Of a stretch of DNA of 64,000 bases, positions 61,877 to 64,000 are shown one piece after another. Made by a program: the position numbers and the translations under genes. This DNA comes from Sphyrna mokarran (Eukaryota), in assembly GCA_024679065.1 (NCBI GenBank), contig JAGIQG010000019.1, positions 38,998,001 through 39,062,000 on the forward strand. Reading direction: 5' to 3'. The notes beneath the pieces are model-generated. The model was not told the DNA's origin. It saw only the letters and a program-made list of their open reading frames with translations, and searched no databases. How positions within the stretch are numbered: the stretch's first letter is position 1; each line of letters opens with the position of its first letter.

Positions 61877-61950
61877 AAACAAAGAACAAAGAACAAAAGA
61901 ACAAAACAGCACGGGAAACAGGCCCTTCGGTCCAACGAGCCCGCGCCGCC
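61877..61950 (-). mobile_element. Young, short CR1-type 3' tail
   Basis: (aaagaac)n tail followed by cagcacgggaaacaggcccttcggtccaacgagcccgcgccgcc, with CpGs intact. Confidence 0.75.
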
Positions 61951-62250
61951 GAAACATTCAGGATGTCCTCAAGGATTTTCTGAAGAGGTCAAACATCTCC
62001 ACCAACTCACGGCGACTGACCAAAATGGAAAAAGGTTCATCAGGAAAACCATCAAACACAGACAGACTGTGTCAGAACATAAAGAGGCCAACTCAAGGCA
62101 ACACAGAGGGCGGCAAAAATCTCCAAGCAACGCCTCCCCACTCATATGGCAGAGTCTCGGGATTGTGTATTAGACTTATCAGCCTTCTCAGAATTCACTG
62201 AGCTGGGATGGAAATCATCCCATAACGAGTGACTGCCTCAAAAGAAAGAG
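61951..62250 (+). mobile_element. RTE-clade LINE 3' fragment (same family as 4545-4935)
   Basis: gaaacattcaggatgtcctcaagg...gaagaggtcaaacatctccaccaactca...cttatcagccttctcagaa...gactgcctcaaaagaaagag parallels the reverse complement of 4545-4870. Confidence 0.8.
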
Positions 62251-64000
62251 AAACTGACGAGTGTTGCTAGTTTGGATTTTGAATATTTCTTTGATATTTA
62301 GTGATTTTATTTTGCAAATTATTTCACCTAGAAATGCACAGTGCTGCACATGTGGAACCCTTGTTTTACATGAAGTCATTATTTTCAGGAATACAACCAC
62401 AACCTAAAGTGAGAGCAACATGATTGCCATCAACTAAATGTGGTGCTCATTAGGCAATGAGCATCAGCCAGCTACTGAACTATTTGCACCATTTGATGTT
62501 CTCACTCTACTCAATAACAGGGGTCACTGGCTTTCAGAAGTGCAACTGTAGCACATTTTGTCCCTCCAAGTACAAAGTAATATTACATCCATGCTTAACC
62601 ATCAGGACTTGTTTTCTAATTGAGAAGATGAACAATGGTCAGAGACCGACAGCTACTCATTTTCTGAATGTTGTACTTTTAATAGAACTGAAAACCGTAT
62701 GAAACACCTACATAAACATTGTCATTTCACTTACACGGGCTGGATGAGTGGCAAAGCATTTATGAATTTCCGTTGTTTTTAGCAGTTTCTCAGGAGTGAT
62801 TCACAATTACAGACATTTTAAAAATCTTCGCGTTTGTACACAGAGATGAATAATTGCTCCAACAAAAATCTGTAAAAGTATGACCCCACCACCTGCTCGC
62901 TCCACACACAAACTGTGTTTATTGAATTCACACAAGATCTTTTTGTGGGAATGGGAGAGAAGAGATACTTTACTGGAACAATTCAAAGGGATAGTACATG
63001 AGTCTACTCGAATGATTCAGAGGAGCATCCTCGGAATTGATTTACTTAACATTTTTCCTGAATGTTGTCCCATATGAATGATGAATATCCCACGTACTAT
63101 TGTCTAACTAATTTCCTTTGATCCAGAGATAAAACTTATTATTGAACACAATTTGCTGTTTGGCAAATTTAAATTTCTGAAATAAAGATAATTTTATATT
63201 TCACTTCTCAGAAGGTTTAATTCGACAATAAGTCAAGCTCAATTAGGCTGAGTCAATACAGTCATGGTTTTGCAGACAGGAGTTTGTTCGTTCATTTTCT
63301 TTGGCTATGAAATGTTTTGGAATATTCCAATGATGTGAGAAAACACCACACAGGAAGCAACTTTCAGAAGGAATAATAGATGGCTTTCCTGTACACTGTA
63401 TTAAATGTTCTGCATTTTTGTGATCTTCCTGTCTGAAAAAAATGTATTTCCTACTCTCACATTTTGTATCAACTTTTCTTATTAAGAATTCCTACATCTG
63501 CTTTTACAATAGATATTTCCCACGTGAACTAGTCACATTGCAATTAAACTCATTCACCAGGGTGATGATCTAGCAACTCAATTCTGCCCTTCAAGATCCT
63601 CAGGCTATGCTGCAGAGAAACCTTCATGCTCTGATCATCTTTGCTTCTGAAATCGCCACGCCCTTCACTATTCAACTAGAAATTATATCACAAGATCCCA
63701 TACTTGTATAAAAAATAAGAATGTATACTTCAAAATGAAGACTGAATTATGTCTGCATGCCCTGGTCCAATTGGTTAAGAACACTTCATCTGAAGATTAC
63801 ACTTGATCATAGATAATAGCACAGGAATCTGACACATTATGTGAAGTTTAACATTGGAAGAACAAAGTTTTTTAAACAAAGGATGTTGAAAATTAAATCC
63901 AATAAATTTCTAGCATCTGAATTTCAAGTTTAGATCAAACTTTAATATTACTCTATTCAAAATGTTTAACATTTAGAAAATACAAGATTAGAAATTACAG

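Larger units (their letters stand above)
27759..64000 (-). other. EXOC4: EXOC4 intron upstream of the exon (more than 36 kb, runs off the window)
   Basis: Ends with a pyrimidine tract plus TAG at 27761-27759. I could not find the expected previous exon (...FVCKPGARNITVIFHPLL) by eye. Confidence 0.75.

Noticed and set aside
1-64000. CRISPR array, operon or prokaryote-type system
   Set aside because: No regularly spaced repeats or long dense ORFs. This is intronic vertebrate DNA.

Overview
AT-rich vertebrate DNA, almost certainly from a shark or other cartilaginous fish, judging by the repeat families (HE1-type V-SINEs, SacSINE1-like DeuSINEs, shark-type CR1 LINEs and Penelope-like elements). 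The only host coding sequence I can support is one 220-bp minus-strand exon (27539-27758) of EXOC4/Sec8, an exocyst subunit. The rest appears to be two very large EXOC4 introns filled with decayed retroelements (CR1, L2, Rex1/Babar, RTE, Penelope-like), SINEs, MITEs and a probable solo LTR, with repeat-free AT-rich blocks that may be conserved enhancers. No convincing new gene system is visible. The best leads are: (i) Penelope terminal repeats with degenerate hammerhead-ribozyme cores; (ii) an orientation and splice-acceptor asymmetry of those repeats relative to EXOC4; (iii) a V-SINE subfamily whose tail matches a Rex1/Babar LINE rather than CR1; (iv) nested or rearranged insertions; (v) a candidate 19-nt microexon. 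Repeat boundaries were read by eye and are approximate. Family names come from recalled consensus sequences, not from searches.
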